From: Octopus vulgaris
Lineage: Eukaryota
Assembly: GCA_951406725.2 (NCBI GenBank)
Contig: OX597834.1
Coordinates: 13,640,001 to 13,704,000 of the forward strand
DNA: 64,000 nucleotides
Reading direction: 5' to 3'
Within the stretch, counting starts at the first letter, position 1. The number at the start of each line of letters is the position of its first letter. Shown here piece after piece: positions 1-12,372 of this stretch. The position numbers and the translations under genes are program-made. The notes beneath the pieces were generated by a model, which did no database searches, was not told the DNA's origin, and saw only the letters and a program-made list of their open reading frames with translations.

Positions 1-450
1 ATATGCATATATATATCTACATATATATGGATATATATATACAAATATATATATACATACATATATATACATATATATGCATATATATACATATACATAC
101 ATATATATACATGCATATATATACATACATACATACATAAATAAATGCATGATATGAGTGATTAACGGTGTGTCAATCGAATCTCCTAATCGCATTGCCA
201 AGCATATATATGTAAGATATTCCTATATCATTGACCTTTTACATTGAAGGAGATCTGAAGCGGCAGACAATAGATTTTATTATTCTTTCAATACTTCTTA
301 TGAAGCTGAGGACACTCTTCCGTTTGTATCGTAATATTACGTTGGCAAATAAATATACATTTGCATAAAAGGACGACGAACCTGTGTTGTTACATTGATT
401 GCAAATTGTACAAACTTTGACTCGTCACTACTTGTGTTATATACTGATAC

Positions 451-840
451 TGGAGGCTCAATGGCCCAGTGGTTAGGGCAGCGGACTCGCTGTCATAGCA
501 TCGCGGATTCGATTCCCAGACCGGGCGTTGTGAGTGTTTATTGAGCGAAAACACCTAAAGCTCCACGAGGCCCTCCAGCAGGGGGTGTTGGTGATCCCAG
601 CTGTACTCTTTCACCACAAATTTCTCTCACTCTTACTTCCTGTTTCTGTCGTACCTGTATTTCAAAGGGCCGGCCTTGTCACTCTCTGTGTCACGCTGAA
701 TATCCTCGAGAACTACTTTAAGGGTACACGTGTCTGTGGAGTACTGAGCCACTTACACGTTAATTTCACGAGCAGGCTATTCCGTTGATTCGGATCAACC
801 GGAACCCTCGTCGTCGTAACCGACGGAGTGCTTCCATCCA
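451..840 (+). mobile_element. tRNA-derived SINE family 1, full length, tail type A
   Basis: A-box TGGCCCAGTGG and B-box-like GGATTCGATTCC. 11-bp target-site duplication TATATACTGAT at 438-448 and 841-851. Homologous copies at 10718, 21786 and 53682. Confidence 0.9.
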
Positions 841-1084
841 TATATACTGATGTGTTTCTGCTTTGTCGAAATACACATATACTCAAAAACGTTCGTGATT
901 CTATAATCCTAAACGCGAAATCCTATCTGTTCAGGGCCCCTCTATCACCCTTTACGTTTGCTCTGTATAGACATATTATAATTTTTTGGAATCACGATGA
1001 TCCCGGGATTGTATTTCTGCTCTTCAATTCGTTCTTGATCGTTCGGCATTCGGATCTGATTGAAAAGCATTTAGTTGCTATTTT

Positions 1085-1503
1085 ACCTATTTCTTTACTA
1101 CACACAAGGAGCTAAACACAGAAAGGACAAAGAAGGTCAGACAAACGGATTACCTCGATTACATCGATCCCAGTGCGTAACTGCTACTTATTTAATCGAC
1201 CCCGAAAGGATGAAAGGCAAAGACGACCTCGGCGGAATTTGATCTCAGAACGTAGCGGCAGACGAAATACCTATTTCCTTATTACCCACAAGGGGCTAAA
1301 CACAGAGGCAACATACAAGGACAGACATAGGTAATAAGTCGATTACATCGACCCCAGTTCGTAACTGGTACTTAATTTATCGATCCCGAAAGGATGAAAG
1401 GCAAAGTCGACCTCGGTGGAATTTGAACTCACAACGTAACGCAGACGAAATACCGCAAGGCATTTCGCCCGGCGTGCTAACGTTTCTGCCAGCTCACCAC
1501 CTT
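1085..1503 (-). mobile_element. tRNA-derived SINE family 2 (MetaSINE-like core), tandem multimer
   Basis: Minus-strand head GGTGGTGAGCTGGCAGAAACGTTAG...GAGTTCAAATTCC, then core GGTCGACTTTGCCTTTCATCCTTTCGGG. The junction CCTATTTC recurs at 1086 and 1270 (184-bp period). The MetaSINE label is from memory. Confidence 0.85.
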
Positions 1504-1849
1504 GCTATTTATACCATGTAAAACTTGACTGATTCATGCAATCCTGGTTAGTATTTTTGCAATAGAGAGCAAGGAGGAGAAAAATGACACTCGCTTTGTT
1601 GGTTTTACGTTGAGATGAGTACTCTTGGACAAATTCTCCAACAGTTGGAATTCACCTTGGGACTTGAATAATAGAATGACTGCATTACCAAATTAATTCT
1701 CATCCGTTCTTAACCTCTGAGCAAATTACGTCTATAGACATTATAGACATATTGTAATCATGCAAATTATAATTAATTGATCCTCCCATATTTTCTTTTG
1801 CTCAAATCCAAGGTCACTTCAACATCCTCGCCATGATAGATCGTTAGCT

Positions 1850-2024
1850 CCTACACGCATTGTTTTTCTCTCCTTGTTTTTTTCTGTGCATCTTTCTGTC
1901 GAAGAGCGTAGGCTCGAAACGTAAAAGACTTGTTCTATTTCTATTCCTGAGCGCCATACTAATACATTTGTTTGTTTGTACTCCACTTGCCTTCGTAATT
2001 TATTTATTTTCGTAAACCTTCCCG

Positions 2025-2026
<2 letters not shown>
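1850..2026 (+). mobile_element. Short non-autonomous Penelope-like element, family A, ending in (TA)n
   Basis: Closely matching copy at 26175-26378. Contains a hammerhead-like motif, and the 3' end CTTCCCGT abuts (TA)n. Confidence 0.6.
1891..1928 (+). ncRNA. Minimal hammerhead ribozyme-like motif (variant core)
   Basis: TCTTT-CTGTCGA-A-GAGC(GTAG)GCTC-GAAA-CG-TA-AAAGA. Stems I and II pair and helix III is the palindrome ACGT. Core position A6 is U. Confidence 0.55.
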
Positions 2027-2081
<55 letters not shown>

Positions 2082-2217
2082 ATATTCATTTATTTATTTC
2101 CCTGTACGCTTGATAAACGGCTGCCACTTGTGATGGTATTTTAATAATATCATCCCTGTTATATTTATATATATATATATACATATATACTTTATTTAAC
2201 ATATTTTAAAATATTTT

Positions 2218-2271
2218 AACAAAAACTGTCCGACGAACGGGAACGTGAAACTCCGAGTAACAGGTTTTGTT
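2218..2271 (+). ncRNA. Type I hammerhead ribozyme motif, family C (element about 2190-2368 between (TA)n tracts)
   Basis: AACAAAAACTGT-CCGACGA-ACG(GGAA)CGT-GAAA-CTC(C)GAG-TA-ACAGGTTTTGTT. Stem I has 11 of 12 pairs, stems II and III are present, and the triplet is GUA. Core is a U4C variant. Confidence 0.7.
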
Positions 2272-2366
2272 GAATTTCTGCTGCTTTGAAAAAAAGCATG
2301 TTACTCTACCCCTGGTACTTGAGTACTCTTTTTTCCGCCTTGTTTCACATTTATGTGTTTACTCCC

Positions 2367-2423
<57 letters not shown>

Positions 2424-2589
2424 CACATGCTGATATATGACCTACGTTGTACTCCTCATTCGCATAATCGTCGAACCTGGAGCTTAAATATAATCTGGCC
2501 ATAGCACTTACTCTGCATTACCTGACGCCTTTGGGTCTTATTGATAACATTACCTCTCATAACCTTTCTCTCTCTCTCTCTCTCTCTCC

Positions 2590-2631
<42 letters not shown>

Positions 2632-2954
2632 GTAAATCAGTACACGGGGTTGGGCTGAGATGTTCTTAGGCTGGATGTGAATAAGTAAAACTAGAGCAGG
2701 TAAACCTTACACGGATTGATTTCATTACATTTAATTAATGATAGCATTGTTTATTTTCAGGTAAGCTTACATATGACTGTACAGCTTTATCTTGAAAAAA
2801 CGGAGAAAATTTGGCATCATAGTGTTATTCAGTACCTCCTGCGAATCACCGTATATGTATTTATATATGCATAAAATGTTAAAAATAGTAATGAACCTAT
2901 TGAGTCACGAATGGTCATGGGATTGTATCTAGAATGTTACCCTCCGAGGCACAA

Positions 2955-3290
2955 GTCGATATAATCGACTTAATCCGTTTGTCTGTCCTTGTTTGTTCTC
3001 TCTGTGTTTAGCCCCTTGTGAGTAGTAAAGAAATAGGTATTTCATCTGTCTTTAAAGGCGGCGAGCTGGCAGTAACGTTAGCACGCCGGGCGAAATGCTT
3101 CGCAGTATTTCGTCTGCCGCTACGTTCTGAGTTGAAATTCAGCCGAGGTCGACTTTGCCTTTCATCCTTTCAGGGTCGATTAAATAAGTACCAGGTACGC
3201 ACTGGGGTCGACATAATCGACTTAATCCGTTTGTTTTTTTCTTTTTTGTCCTTTCTTGTGTAGCCCCTTGTGGGTAGTAACGAAATAGGA
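2955..3290 (+). mobile_element. SINE family 2: tail fragment followed by a full copy
   Basis: Tail ...AAAGAAATAGGTATTTC at about 3028-3044, then head GGCGGCGAGCTGGCAG at 3057, core and tail. Confidence 0.85.
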
Positions 3291-3307
3291 GACACGAAAA
3301 CACAGGC

Positions 3308-3364
<57 letters not shown>
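3308..3364 (+). repeat. (AGAT)n microsatellite
   Basis: Direct inspection. Confidence 0.95.
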
Positions 3365-3871
3365 TTTGTATGTATCTGAGCGTGGAAGTCATGTCGAACG
3401 GTACAAGATTGACCTAAAGACACTTTCAAGCAGTGAAAGCAGTGTTTTAATTCGGGGTTTTTTTTCCAACACGCAGCCTGGTGTGCAAAATGGGTTTTCT
3501 ATTTTGTTAGAAATCTGAATGAAATATGTTTTTATGATATTTTTCCGTTTTTAACTTTTGTTCTTGTTTTTCAGTTTCTTTGCTTTTTTTTTTTTGTTTT
3601 TTGTTTTTTTTAAGGTATAAAGCGGAATAAATTCAAAACTCAGAATAGACAGATTAAATTGAATGGTCGATAGAAGTCTGGTTAGAAAGGAGATCATGCT
3701 GGGAGGAGACAATGAATAAAAACAAATGATTTCAGAGTGCTTATCAGATGATAGGTGCTGTATACTCTAAAAGCATTGATGTCATTTAGAGTTTCTGTGA
3801 ATAAATAAACGTAGGTGTTTATATTAGTAAATAAATATTAGTGTATGTGTGTTCCGTATGTGCGTGTATGT

Positions 3872-3927
<56 letters not shown>

Positions 3928-4429
3928 GTGTATAGGTTTGTGTGCAGTTCTCTGTGCTGCCTCGGAATCTCTGTGGAATCATCTCATCAATTATAAATGG
4001 CATAGCGTCATGACAGATAATCTAGAGAGGAAATATTTCTACACCCTACTGTATTAGGAAACGTTCATCTTAGACCATAACATTTCACTGTATCGTTTAA
4101 CCCATAGCATGCAATATGCAGAACTGCCACTTATTATGATTTATATACAATTAGTTTTAGATATAGTTCCACCCCGTTCTTAATGGTGATAAAAATTTAC
4201 TAAAATTTTGGAAGCACGAAATTACTCAAAGACAAATGCGAACGATACGATTATTTTGACTTTCATTGTCCTGATGATCTATCGGGGATTCCCAGATCTA
4301 TTTTTGCATATGTGAGAGATATTAACCTTTACAATGTAGAAGTTGTTATTACCGAAAAATGTTCCTTGTTCAATCTCTTAATGGGATAGACCATACACCT
4401 ACACATTCCTATTTCAATTTTCAACCACC

Positions 4430-5035
4430 CTATTGAACAAGTTGAAAGTTTTGCTTCCCACTGAAGAATACAGTGTAAAAACCATTAAATTTGATGATAT
4501 TTGAAATTATTATTTTGTTTCCTTGCGTTTCATTCCAAAAAAATATTAATCGACCCCGAAAGGATGGAGGGCAAAGTTGACCTCGGCAGAATTTGAACTC
4601 AGAACGTAGCGGCAGACGAACTAACTATTTCTTTACTACCCTCAAGGGGCTAAGCACAAAGGGGAAAAACAATGACAGACAAATGGATTAAGTCGATTAT
4701 ATCGACCACAGTGCGTAAGAGGTACTTAATTTATCGACCCCGAAATGATGAAAGGCAAAGTCGACCTCGGTGGAATTTGAACTCAGAACGTAGCGGCAGA
4801 CGAAATACCTATTTCTTTTCTACCCACAAGGGGCTAAGCACAAAGGGGAAAAACAAGGACAGACAAACGGATTAAGTCGATTATATCAACCCCAGTACGT
4901 AACAGGTACTTAATTTATCTATTGAACACGTCGAAAGTTTTGCTTCCCACTAAAGAATACACAGTGCTAAAACCATTCAATTTGATGATATTTGAAATTA
5001 TTATATTCTTTCCTTGCGTTTCATTTGAAAAAAAA
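4430..5035 (+). repeat. About 114-bp direct repeats (4430-4543, 4919-5035) flanking a SINE dimer
   Basis: CTATTGAACA...GAAAGTTTTGCTTCCCACT...TTTGATGATATTTGAAATTATTAT...TTTCCTTGCGTTTCATT occurs twice. Confidence 0.9.
4549..4919 (-). mobile_element. SINE family 2, headless circularly permuted dimer
   Basis: The same unit phase (ATCGACCCC, truncated to ATC the third time) recurs at 4549, 4733 and 4917: two exact 184-bp periods with no A-box head. Confidence 0.85.
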
Positions 5036-5204
5036 TGTTCAAAACTACGTTTTTTTCGGGAAATCAATGATGCAGTAAGTTGTAAATATATAAAGTGATT
5101 GTTTCCACTACAAACCCATAACAGTTACAAGTGTCGGTGCTTCATAAAAGGAATTATACAAATAACGGAACGTTCAGATATTGCAAGACGATCATTTACT
5201 AGTT

Positions 5205-5400
5205 TCTGCAATTTCACTGCAGCCATGCTGGGGCTCTGGCTTGAGGCGGTTCTTGTAGCGGAATTTTTGTTTAGAAGGCTAGTACTTCTATCGAGATATT
5301 TTGCCGAACCGCAGGTTTACGGGGATGTAACAGCAACAACACCGGTTGTCAAGCTGTAATGAGGGGACAAACACAGACATAAATACACACACTCATATCC
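5205..5400 (-). mobile_element. SINE family 3, degraded 3' half
   Basis: GCAGCCATGCTGG...TTTGCCGAACCGC...CCGGTTGTCAAGC...GGGGACAAACACAGACA matches the copy at 10177-10585. Confidence 0.7.
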
Positions 5401-5453
5401 ACACGCATAGAGTTGATTACATGCACACACGAATGCACACACACACATACATA

Positions 5454-5965
5454 CAGGGGTTGTACAAAATAATGGAAACACCTTAATATTTCAAACAAAT
5501 TAATTTTAATATGGAATAGGACCGCCTTTGGCATTAATTACAACTTGATTTCAAGTTTGAAGTGTTTCAAAAGGAATTTTTGTCCATTCACAGCTAAAAC
5601 AGTCCCAAGTTCTTGTAGTGATAATGGTGGAGGATATCGAATCCTTTTTTTTTTTTTCTAAAATGCACCATAAATGTTCAATAACATTGAGATATGAGGA
5701 CTGTGGTGGCCAGATAAGATGTTCAACTTCACTAAGAATGTTCCTCGTGCCGTTCAGTAAGAACCTTAGCTGTGTGAATTCGTGCATTCAGTTCCGCAAA
5801 AATAGGAAAATTTTGATCAGATAAAATGCTTAAATAGACTTGACTATTGATTCTGCCAAGAAAGGTAACCATTACGCCTGCGGATTTCCAAGGTATAATA
5901 TCCGCGATCGTTAGAGAACCTCCTCCAGTTTAACAGTTTAACAGTTGGAAGAAGGCAGTATGGGA
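5454..5965 (-). mobile_element. Tc1-like DNA transposon remnant (transposase C-terminus plus terminal repeat)
   Basis: Minus-strand peptide EVEHLIWPPQSSYLNVIEHLW resembles the Tc1 WPxQSPDLNxIExLW motif. Terminus TA|CAGGGGTTGTACAAAATAATGGAAACACC. Confidence 0.75.
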
Positions 5966-5974
5966 CTTTTCAAC

Positions 5975-6187
5975 TTTAGCACGCCGGGCGAAATGTTTAG
6001 CGGTGTTTCGTCTGCCGCTACGTTCTGAGTTCAATTTCCGTCGAGGTTGACTTTGCCTTTCATCCTTTCGGGGTTGATAAATTAAGTACCAGTTACGCAC
6101 TGGGGTCGATATAATCGACTTGATCCGTCTCTTTGCTCTTGTTTGTGTCCTTTGTGTTTAGCCCCTTGGGGGTATTAAAGAAATAGG
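5975..6187 (+). mobile_element. SINE family 2, slightly 5'-truncated
   Basis: TTAGCACGCCGGGCGAAATG through the core to ...AAAGAAATAGG. Confidence 0.85.
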
Positions 6188-7189
6188 AATTTCTGAACGT
6201 CACACATACAGTTAATTATCTTGAAATTGTTGAAGTGCGGCCCGCCTGATTTATAATCAATGTCTTCAAAAACAAATTGGCTGTATCTGATTTAGAGGAT
6301 CGTGAGGTATTTCAATTCAACTGTTTTAATACATTAGCTGTAGCAATGTAAACAGAAATCAATTGTGTAGCATTTGCCTACGTTCTATAAAATTCAAATA
6401 CCTTTTCAGAATTTACAAAGCATATATAATCTACGTAATTCCACATGTTAATTATTTTGAAATAATCACATCGTTCTCGAAATTAAATAGAGAAATAAAT
6501 GGGATTTCTGAAACAGATCACTTTAGGAATGCATTGTCTTTCATCAGAGGACATGAGCTATCATTTTCCAATGTCTCTGACAACTAGTAATTCATACACT
6601 TAAACAATGTGTTGCTATTATCCTCATAATAAATCTGCAAATGGATACCCAGTTATAACTTCTGTTTTCTGATGAGAACAATCTTTTCATATAATCTATA
6701 ATTACCAGAGCTGAAGGGTATTGAAATAATTCAATATGCATTTACCTGAAATATATGATTCTTTGTTCTTATTTATGCCCTGTTCTATATACACAACATC
6801 CATATACATAAATGTGCACATCCATACACACTCATTTATTTACATACATGTTTAAAATTCTTCATATTCACACATACATATATAATTGCGTGTGGCTGAG
6901 AAGGCTTTTCTCTTTAATGAATTCATTTTTATATTATACTATATTATATTATATTATATTATATTATATTATATTATATTATATTATATATATCATATCA
7001 TTAAAATGTGTACAAACTGAAATATGTATGTATTTGAAAATATTATGTAAATTCTCATAGCGGTCTCGACTTTCAATTAAGCAACTCATATTAACTTGTG
7101 TCTTAGTGATATTTTTATTTCTGCAACTCATTAATTATATTGATAGATATAAAACGACACCGAAAGCTTTAGGGATTAATTTTTAACTT

Positions 7190-7570
7190 TGTCACAAGGC
7201 CAGTAATTTAAGGGCAACGAGCAGGTTGGTTACATCGACCCCAGTCTTCAACTGGTAATTATTTTATCGACAACGAAAGGGTCAAAGGCAAAATCGATCT
7301 GAACGGAATTTGAACTCAGAATTTAAAGACGGACGAAATGCTGAAAAGCATTTTGCCGGGCGTGCTAACGATTCGGACAGCTCCCTGCTTGTTTGAGATA
7401 GATATCGACTTCGAATTTTAACAGAAGCGCAGCAACTTCGAAGCAGGGCACAGGTTGATTTCATCAACCCCAGTGTTCAACTGGTGCTATTTTATCAACA
7501 CCGAGAGGATAAAAAGCAACGTCGTCGCAACACAATTTGAACTCAGAACGTAAAGACGGAAAAAAATTCC
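7190..7570 (-). mobile_element. SINE family 2, older diverged copies (two in tandem)
   Basis: CGACCCCAGT...ACTGGT...TTTTATCGAC...AATTTGAACTCAGAA appears twice. Confidence 0.7.
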
Positions 7571-7641
7571 ATTGAGAGCTAGGCCTAGCCTACCATCTTG
7601 CTGTCTTCATTAAGATAGATATTGAAGCAGAGCCAAATATT

Positions 7642-8041
7642 GGCGGCGAGCTGGCAGAATCGTTAGCACGCCTGGCGAAATGCTTAGCGGTATTTCGTCT
7701 GCCGGTAAGTTCTGAGTTCTAATTCGCAGAGGTCGAATTTGCCTTCTATCCTTTTGGGGTCGATTAAATAAGTACCGGTTACGCACTGGGGTGGATATAA
7801 TCGACTTAATCCGTTTGTCTGTCCTTGTTTAGCCCCTTGTGTGTAGTAAAGAAATAGGTATTTCGTCTGCCGTTACGTTCTGAGTTCTAATTCCGCCGAG
7901 GTCGACTTTGACTTTTATCCTTTCGGGGTCGATTAAATAAGTACCAAATACGCACTGGGGTCGATATAATCACCTTAATCCGTTTGTCTGTCCTTGTTTG
8001 TCCTCTCTGTGTTTAGCCCTTTGTGAGTAGTAAAGAAATAG
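7642..8041 (+). mobile_element. SINE family 2, head plus tandem unit
   Basis: Head GGCGGCGAGCTGGCAGAATCGTTAG. Tail GAAATAG at 7851 and 8035 (184-bp period). Confidence 0.9.
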
Positions 8042-8369
8042 ATTTTGAAGCACAGTTATTACTCCACAAAATGTTATATTCCAATTTTTGGTTCTATCGT
8101 ACAACAGTTTCCAATTATTTGGTCTATTGAGATGGTACCTGCATTTTTCAATCCTTGTCATTGGTTCGCATGCAATTATTATTGCTATTATTTTCGTTTA
8201 ACTTATAATCCTGCCACGCTGCAAAATATTCAGTTAACCAATGAACATTGACTTTCCTTGATGCGTCACTGGATTTAATAGAAATCAATATGAAGCTTAA
8301 TTACAAAAATGTGTGTAGTGGTAGCTTAGCATCGTACATGTTTGGTTTCAATAAATGTCTCATCGTTAC

Positions 8370-8515
8370 AATCATCGTCATCGTCATCGTCATCGTCATC
8401 TTCATCCTAATCCTCATCATCGTCGTCATCAACGGCGGTGGCCTGACCAGCATCATCCTCACCGCCATCATCATCATTATCATCATCATCGTCATCATCA
8501 TCATCATCATCATTG

Positions 8516-8548
<33 letters not shown>

Positions 8549-8935
8549 CCATCAACATCATCATCATTATCATCATCATCATTGTCATCATCATCATCAC
8601 CGCAATCATCATCATCATCCTCATCATCATCATCATCGTCGTCGTCGTCATCATCATAATTATCATAATCATCATCATCATAGTCACCATCATAGTCATC
8701 ATCATCATCAACATCATCATCGTCATCATCATCATCCTCATCATCATCCTCATCATCATCGTCATCGTCGTCGTCATCATCATCATCATATCATATTAAT
8801 ATCATCATCGCCATCATCATAAACATCATCACCATCATAACAACTACCCAGAAATCTACCACCTCCATCACCACCACCCTCATCGTCACCATCATCATCA
8901 TCAACATCTTCGTCGTCCTCGTCATCGTCGCCATC
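8370..8935 (+). repeat. Degenerate (ATC)n/(GTC)n microsatellite
   Basis: Direct inspection. It is the source of the poly-I, poly-H and poly-M pseudo-ORFs. Confidence 0.95.
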
Positions 8936-9275
8936 GACATATCGCCAAACGCTGGCATTCCTTTCTTCCTTCCTTCCTTCTTTCGGTTCCATCACTAACA
9001 TTATTAATATGTCCATTAGAGATATTACGCAAGTTGATACTGTAATTAAAGTTGTTCTCTGTTAAAACATTTCATTTAATTCCCCTAAATTCACGTTCCT
9101 TTTTGTTGTTGTTACTCTACCCGAAGTCATCATCAGTGTTCCACATCTTTTCTTTCGGCGTGACTCGTTTTAAATTACTGTTTAGTATATTACCAGATGT
9201 GATCTAAAATAAAATTAAATAATATGGGATAATGTGTGTAGTAAGATGCATAGTGAAGCTGAAAGAAGCTAGCTA

Positions 9276-9356
<81 letters not shown>

Positions 9357-9464
9357 TGTATATATATTTATTTATATATAGATAATCCTATCAGGTGGTG
9401 CGATTAAGCTAAACATGGCATGGACCAATATTTGGTCGAAAGTTTCATATGCTTATTCATATTT

Positions 9465-9594
9465 ATGTCACACATATATATACATATATACATATACATA
9501 CATATATATGCACATATATATACACACATATACCTATATATACACAAATATATATATATGTATATATACACTTATATATATATATACACACATA

Positions 9595-9658
<64 letters not shown>

Positions 9659-9715
9659 TATATACACACATATATACATATATACATATGTATTTTTTCA
9701 TATATTTATATATAG
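9465..9715 (+). repeat. (TA)n/(CA)n compound microsatellite
   Basis: Direct inspection. Confidence 0.95.
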
Positions 9716-10176
9716 AAATATTGATATTTCTAAATCTCTCTAAAGGATTATAATAGTTATCGCCAAGCTAATGTATATACATATAGAGTTATTGCCAAGC
9801 ATATATATGTACATATGTATATACACACATATATACAGAAATCTGACTCTAGGCGACTTTGATTTTGTATGTACGTCTATCTGATTCTGTACCTACATGT
9901 CCCTTGTGTGTATTCATGTATGTTAATATGTTCTAAATACTAAAATTGTCTGTGTTTGAATATAAGTTCAATAACCTATAATAGTCACATTGCATTTCCA
10001 GCAACGTTATATTTGCATTATATGCGTCAGGATGTTAATGAGCACTGTCAGTATGTATAAATAAATCCTTCTCACCATTCAAACTTGAATCCCAGGAGAT
10101 ATTTCCACGATGCGATGACACATATCTCCCACGCCGAAACATGTCCGAAATCAACGTATACTCTTTCTCTTTTTTT

Positions 10177-10585
10177 TACTCTTTTACTTGTTTCAGTCAT
10201 TTGACTGCGGCCATGCTGGAGCACTGCCTTTCATCGAGCTACTCGACCCCGCGACTTATTCTTTTGTAAGCCCAGTACTTATTCTATCGGTCTCTTTTAC
10301 CGAACTGCTAAGTAACAGGGACATAAACACACCAGCATCGGTTGTCAAGCAATGCTATGGGGACAAACACAGACACATAAACACACACACATACACATAT
10401 ATATATATATGTATACATATATACGACGGGCTTCTTTCAGTTTCAGTCTACCAAATCCACTCACAAGGCTTTGGTCGGACCGAGGCTATAGTAGAAGACA
10501 CTTGCCCAAGGTGCCACGCAGTGGGACTGAACCCGGAACCATGTGGTTGGTAAACAAGCTACTTACCACACAGCCACTCCTGCGC
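10177..10585 (-). mobile_element. tRNA-derived SINE family 3 (CORE-like) with internal microsatellite
   Basis: Minus-strand head GCGCAGGAGTGGCTGTGTGGTAAG...GGGTTCAGTCCC, CORE-like CCTTGGGCAAGTGTCTTCT, internal (TA)/(TG)n, and tail ...GACTGAAACAAGTAAAAGAG. Many copies in the window. Confidence 0.9.
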
Positions 10586-10717
10586 TCTGTTTCTTAATAT
10601 TGTGGAACTCGTCTCAGTGAGATTGAGAGACTTTGTAATCGAGAGTATATCTTCTATTTCGCAGTATTTCATTAATCCCCTTCGCTATTGTACAATAGAG
10701 TTTGATAATGACCTTAA

Positions 10718-11004
10718 TATCACCGTGACCGACCAGGCTATCAGATGTTGCTACACATCGCTGGTCACAATGCGCTTCAAATGCCGCCACCCCGCTGGCT
10801 AAGCGAGCAGGCCAAACAGACGAAAGAGTGAGAGAAATTTGTGGCGAAAGAGTACAGCAGGGATCGCCACCACCCGCTGCCTGAGCATCGTGGAGTTCTA
10901 GGTGTTTTCGTTCCATAAACACTCACAACACCCTGTCTGGGAATAGAAACCGCGATCCTACGACTGCATGTCCGCTGCCCTAAACACTGGGCCATTGCGC
11001 TTCC
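10718..11004 (-). mobile_element. SINE family 1, tail type B
   Basis: Head and body match 451-840 up to TTTCTCTCACTCTT, then an unrelated tail ...GTAGCAACATCTGATAGCCTGGTCGGTCACGGTGATA. Confidence 0.85.
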
Positions 11005-11589
11005 GCGACGTTAAGATATGTATTATAATTATTGTTGTTGTGTACCGTTGAATATTCAGAAGAGGGAAACCTCTGTTTAATATACTTTACAATATCTATA
11101 TCTCTAAACGTAAGAATAAATATGCACTCTCATAAATCGACTGAAGTTTCACACAGAAGCATAAATATATGTTTGTGTGCGTGCTTGTATGTGTGTGTAT
11201 GTGTATATCACCAAAAATATACGCTCGCCGTTTTCTTTGTTGGTTCGACTTCCATCCGTGTAGCATCTCTTATATTCATTCCCATGTCTTTCACCTCTCA
11301 TGGTTCTGCTGCAAGGCTTCACTCCACACTCGCCAGCTTAATTTTATTCGTCTCAAGTCGAAATACACCTGTTGATATTGTTTTGTTGTTTTATTTGCAA
11401 TTGTGTAATATTTCTCCGTTTTTTCCGCCTTTATTTTTGTATTCATTCGCTTGCTTTCTTCCAAAGATGCTAGTGCTGTTAGCGTAGACTTTCTTGGGAC
11501 CGGCGAAATTTAATATGTCTCAAGTGTAACCGACTAAAGCTACAGATATGTTGAGGAAGTTGACTAAGGATAGAAGACGCCACATTGTA

Positions 11590-11880
11590 CGTGGCGTCAT
11601 AATCAACACAGAGTCCTACATTAAGTGCCTAGAGGAAGTGTTGCTAACATGGGTAGAGCGAATTGCTACTGGGAGACCCTATGTCTAGCAACAGGACTCT
11701 GTAACATGACACGCTGTGGCTATCAGACTATTTCTGTGGCTACATCACTCCTATAATATGAGCAGCGAACTCCTCAGAGTGCAAGCCATTTGATTATCAT
11801 GTGTGGGGCGCAGTTGAACTAACGACCTACAAAACCTCTCATAACACCAAAGATGAACTGAGGGCAAGCATTATGCCAGC
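11590..11880 (+). pseudogene. Tc1/mariner (maT/DD37D-like) transposase remnant
   Basis: Manual translation INTESYIKCLEEVLLTWVERIATGRPYV*QQDS...NSSECKPFDYHVWGAVE...HNTKDELRASI resembles QQDxAPxH and NSPDxNPLDYxVWG. Stop codons present. Confidence 0.7.
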
Positions 11881-11954
11881 ATATATGAATCAATGAAATT
11901 CCAAATCTGATTTTCACGTTTTATTTGTAATTTTTACAATCTTACATCTTTTAT

Positions 11955-12164
11955 CTTTTACTTGTTTTAGTCATTTGACTGCGGCCATGCTGGAGCACCG
12001 CCTCTAATAGAGCAACTCGATACCGGTACTTATTCTTTTTGTAAGCCCAGTACTTATTCTATCGGTTTCTTTTGCCGAACCGCTAAGTAACGGGGACATA
12101 AACACACCAGCATCGGTTGTCAAGCAATGCTAGGGGGACAAACACAGACACACAAACACACACA

Positions 12165-12214
<50 letters not shown>

Positions 12215-12372
12215 CACGACGGGCTTCTTTCAGTTTCCGTCTACCAAATCCACTCACAAGGCTTTGGTCGACCCGAGGCTATAGTAGAAGACACTTGCCC
12301 AAGGTGCGACGCAGTTGTACTGAACCCGGAACCATGTGGTTGGTAAAGAAGCTACTTACCACACAGCCACTC
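11955..12372 (-). mobile_element. SINE family 3
   Basis: Colinear with 10177-10585. Confidence 0.9.

Noticed and set aside
451-530. tRNA gene calls for SINE heads (also 21786, 53053 and 53682)
   Set aside because: A and B boxes are present, but the sequences continue into repeated SINE bodies, some with target-site duplications, and lack a clean acceptor stem and terminator.
534-788. Recurrent small ORFs MFIERKHLKLHE... (also 10614 and 21869)
   Set aside because: These are translations of the same SINE body with different frameshifts, not a gene family.
1085-1503. CRISPR-like regularly spaced repeats
   Set aside because: The whole 184-bp unit repeats with no unique spacers, there are no cas genes, and the context is eukaryotic.
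2641-2853. Possible mariner-type MITE
   Set aside because: The left end looks like a terminal repeat, but I could not match a convincing right-hand repeat.
4270-4300. CTGATGA followed by a short hairpin
   Set aside because: No GAAA box or cleavage triplet follows.
8248-8822. Poly-Ile, poly-His and poly-Met ORFs of 155-183 aa
   Set aside because: They are alternative frames of an (ATC)n microsatellite with no non-repetitive coding signal.
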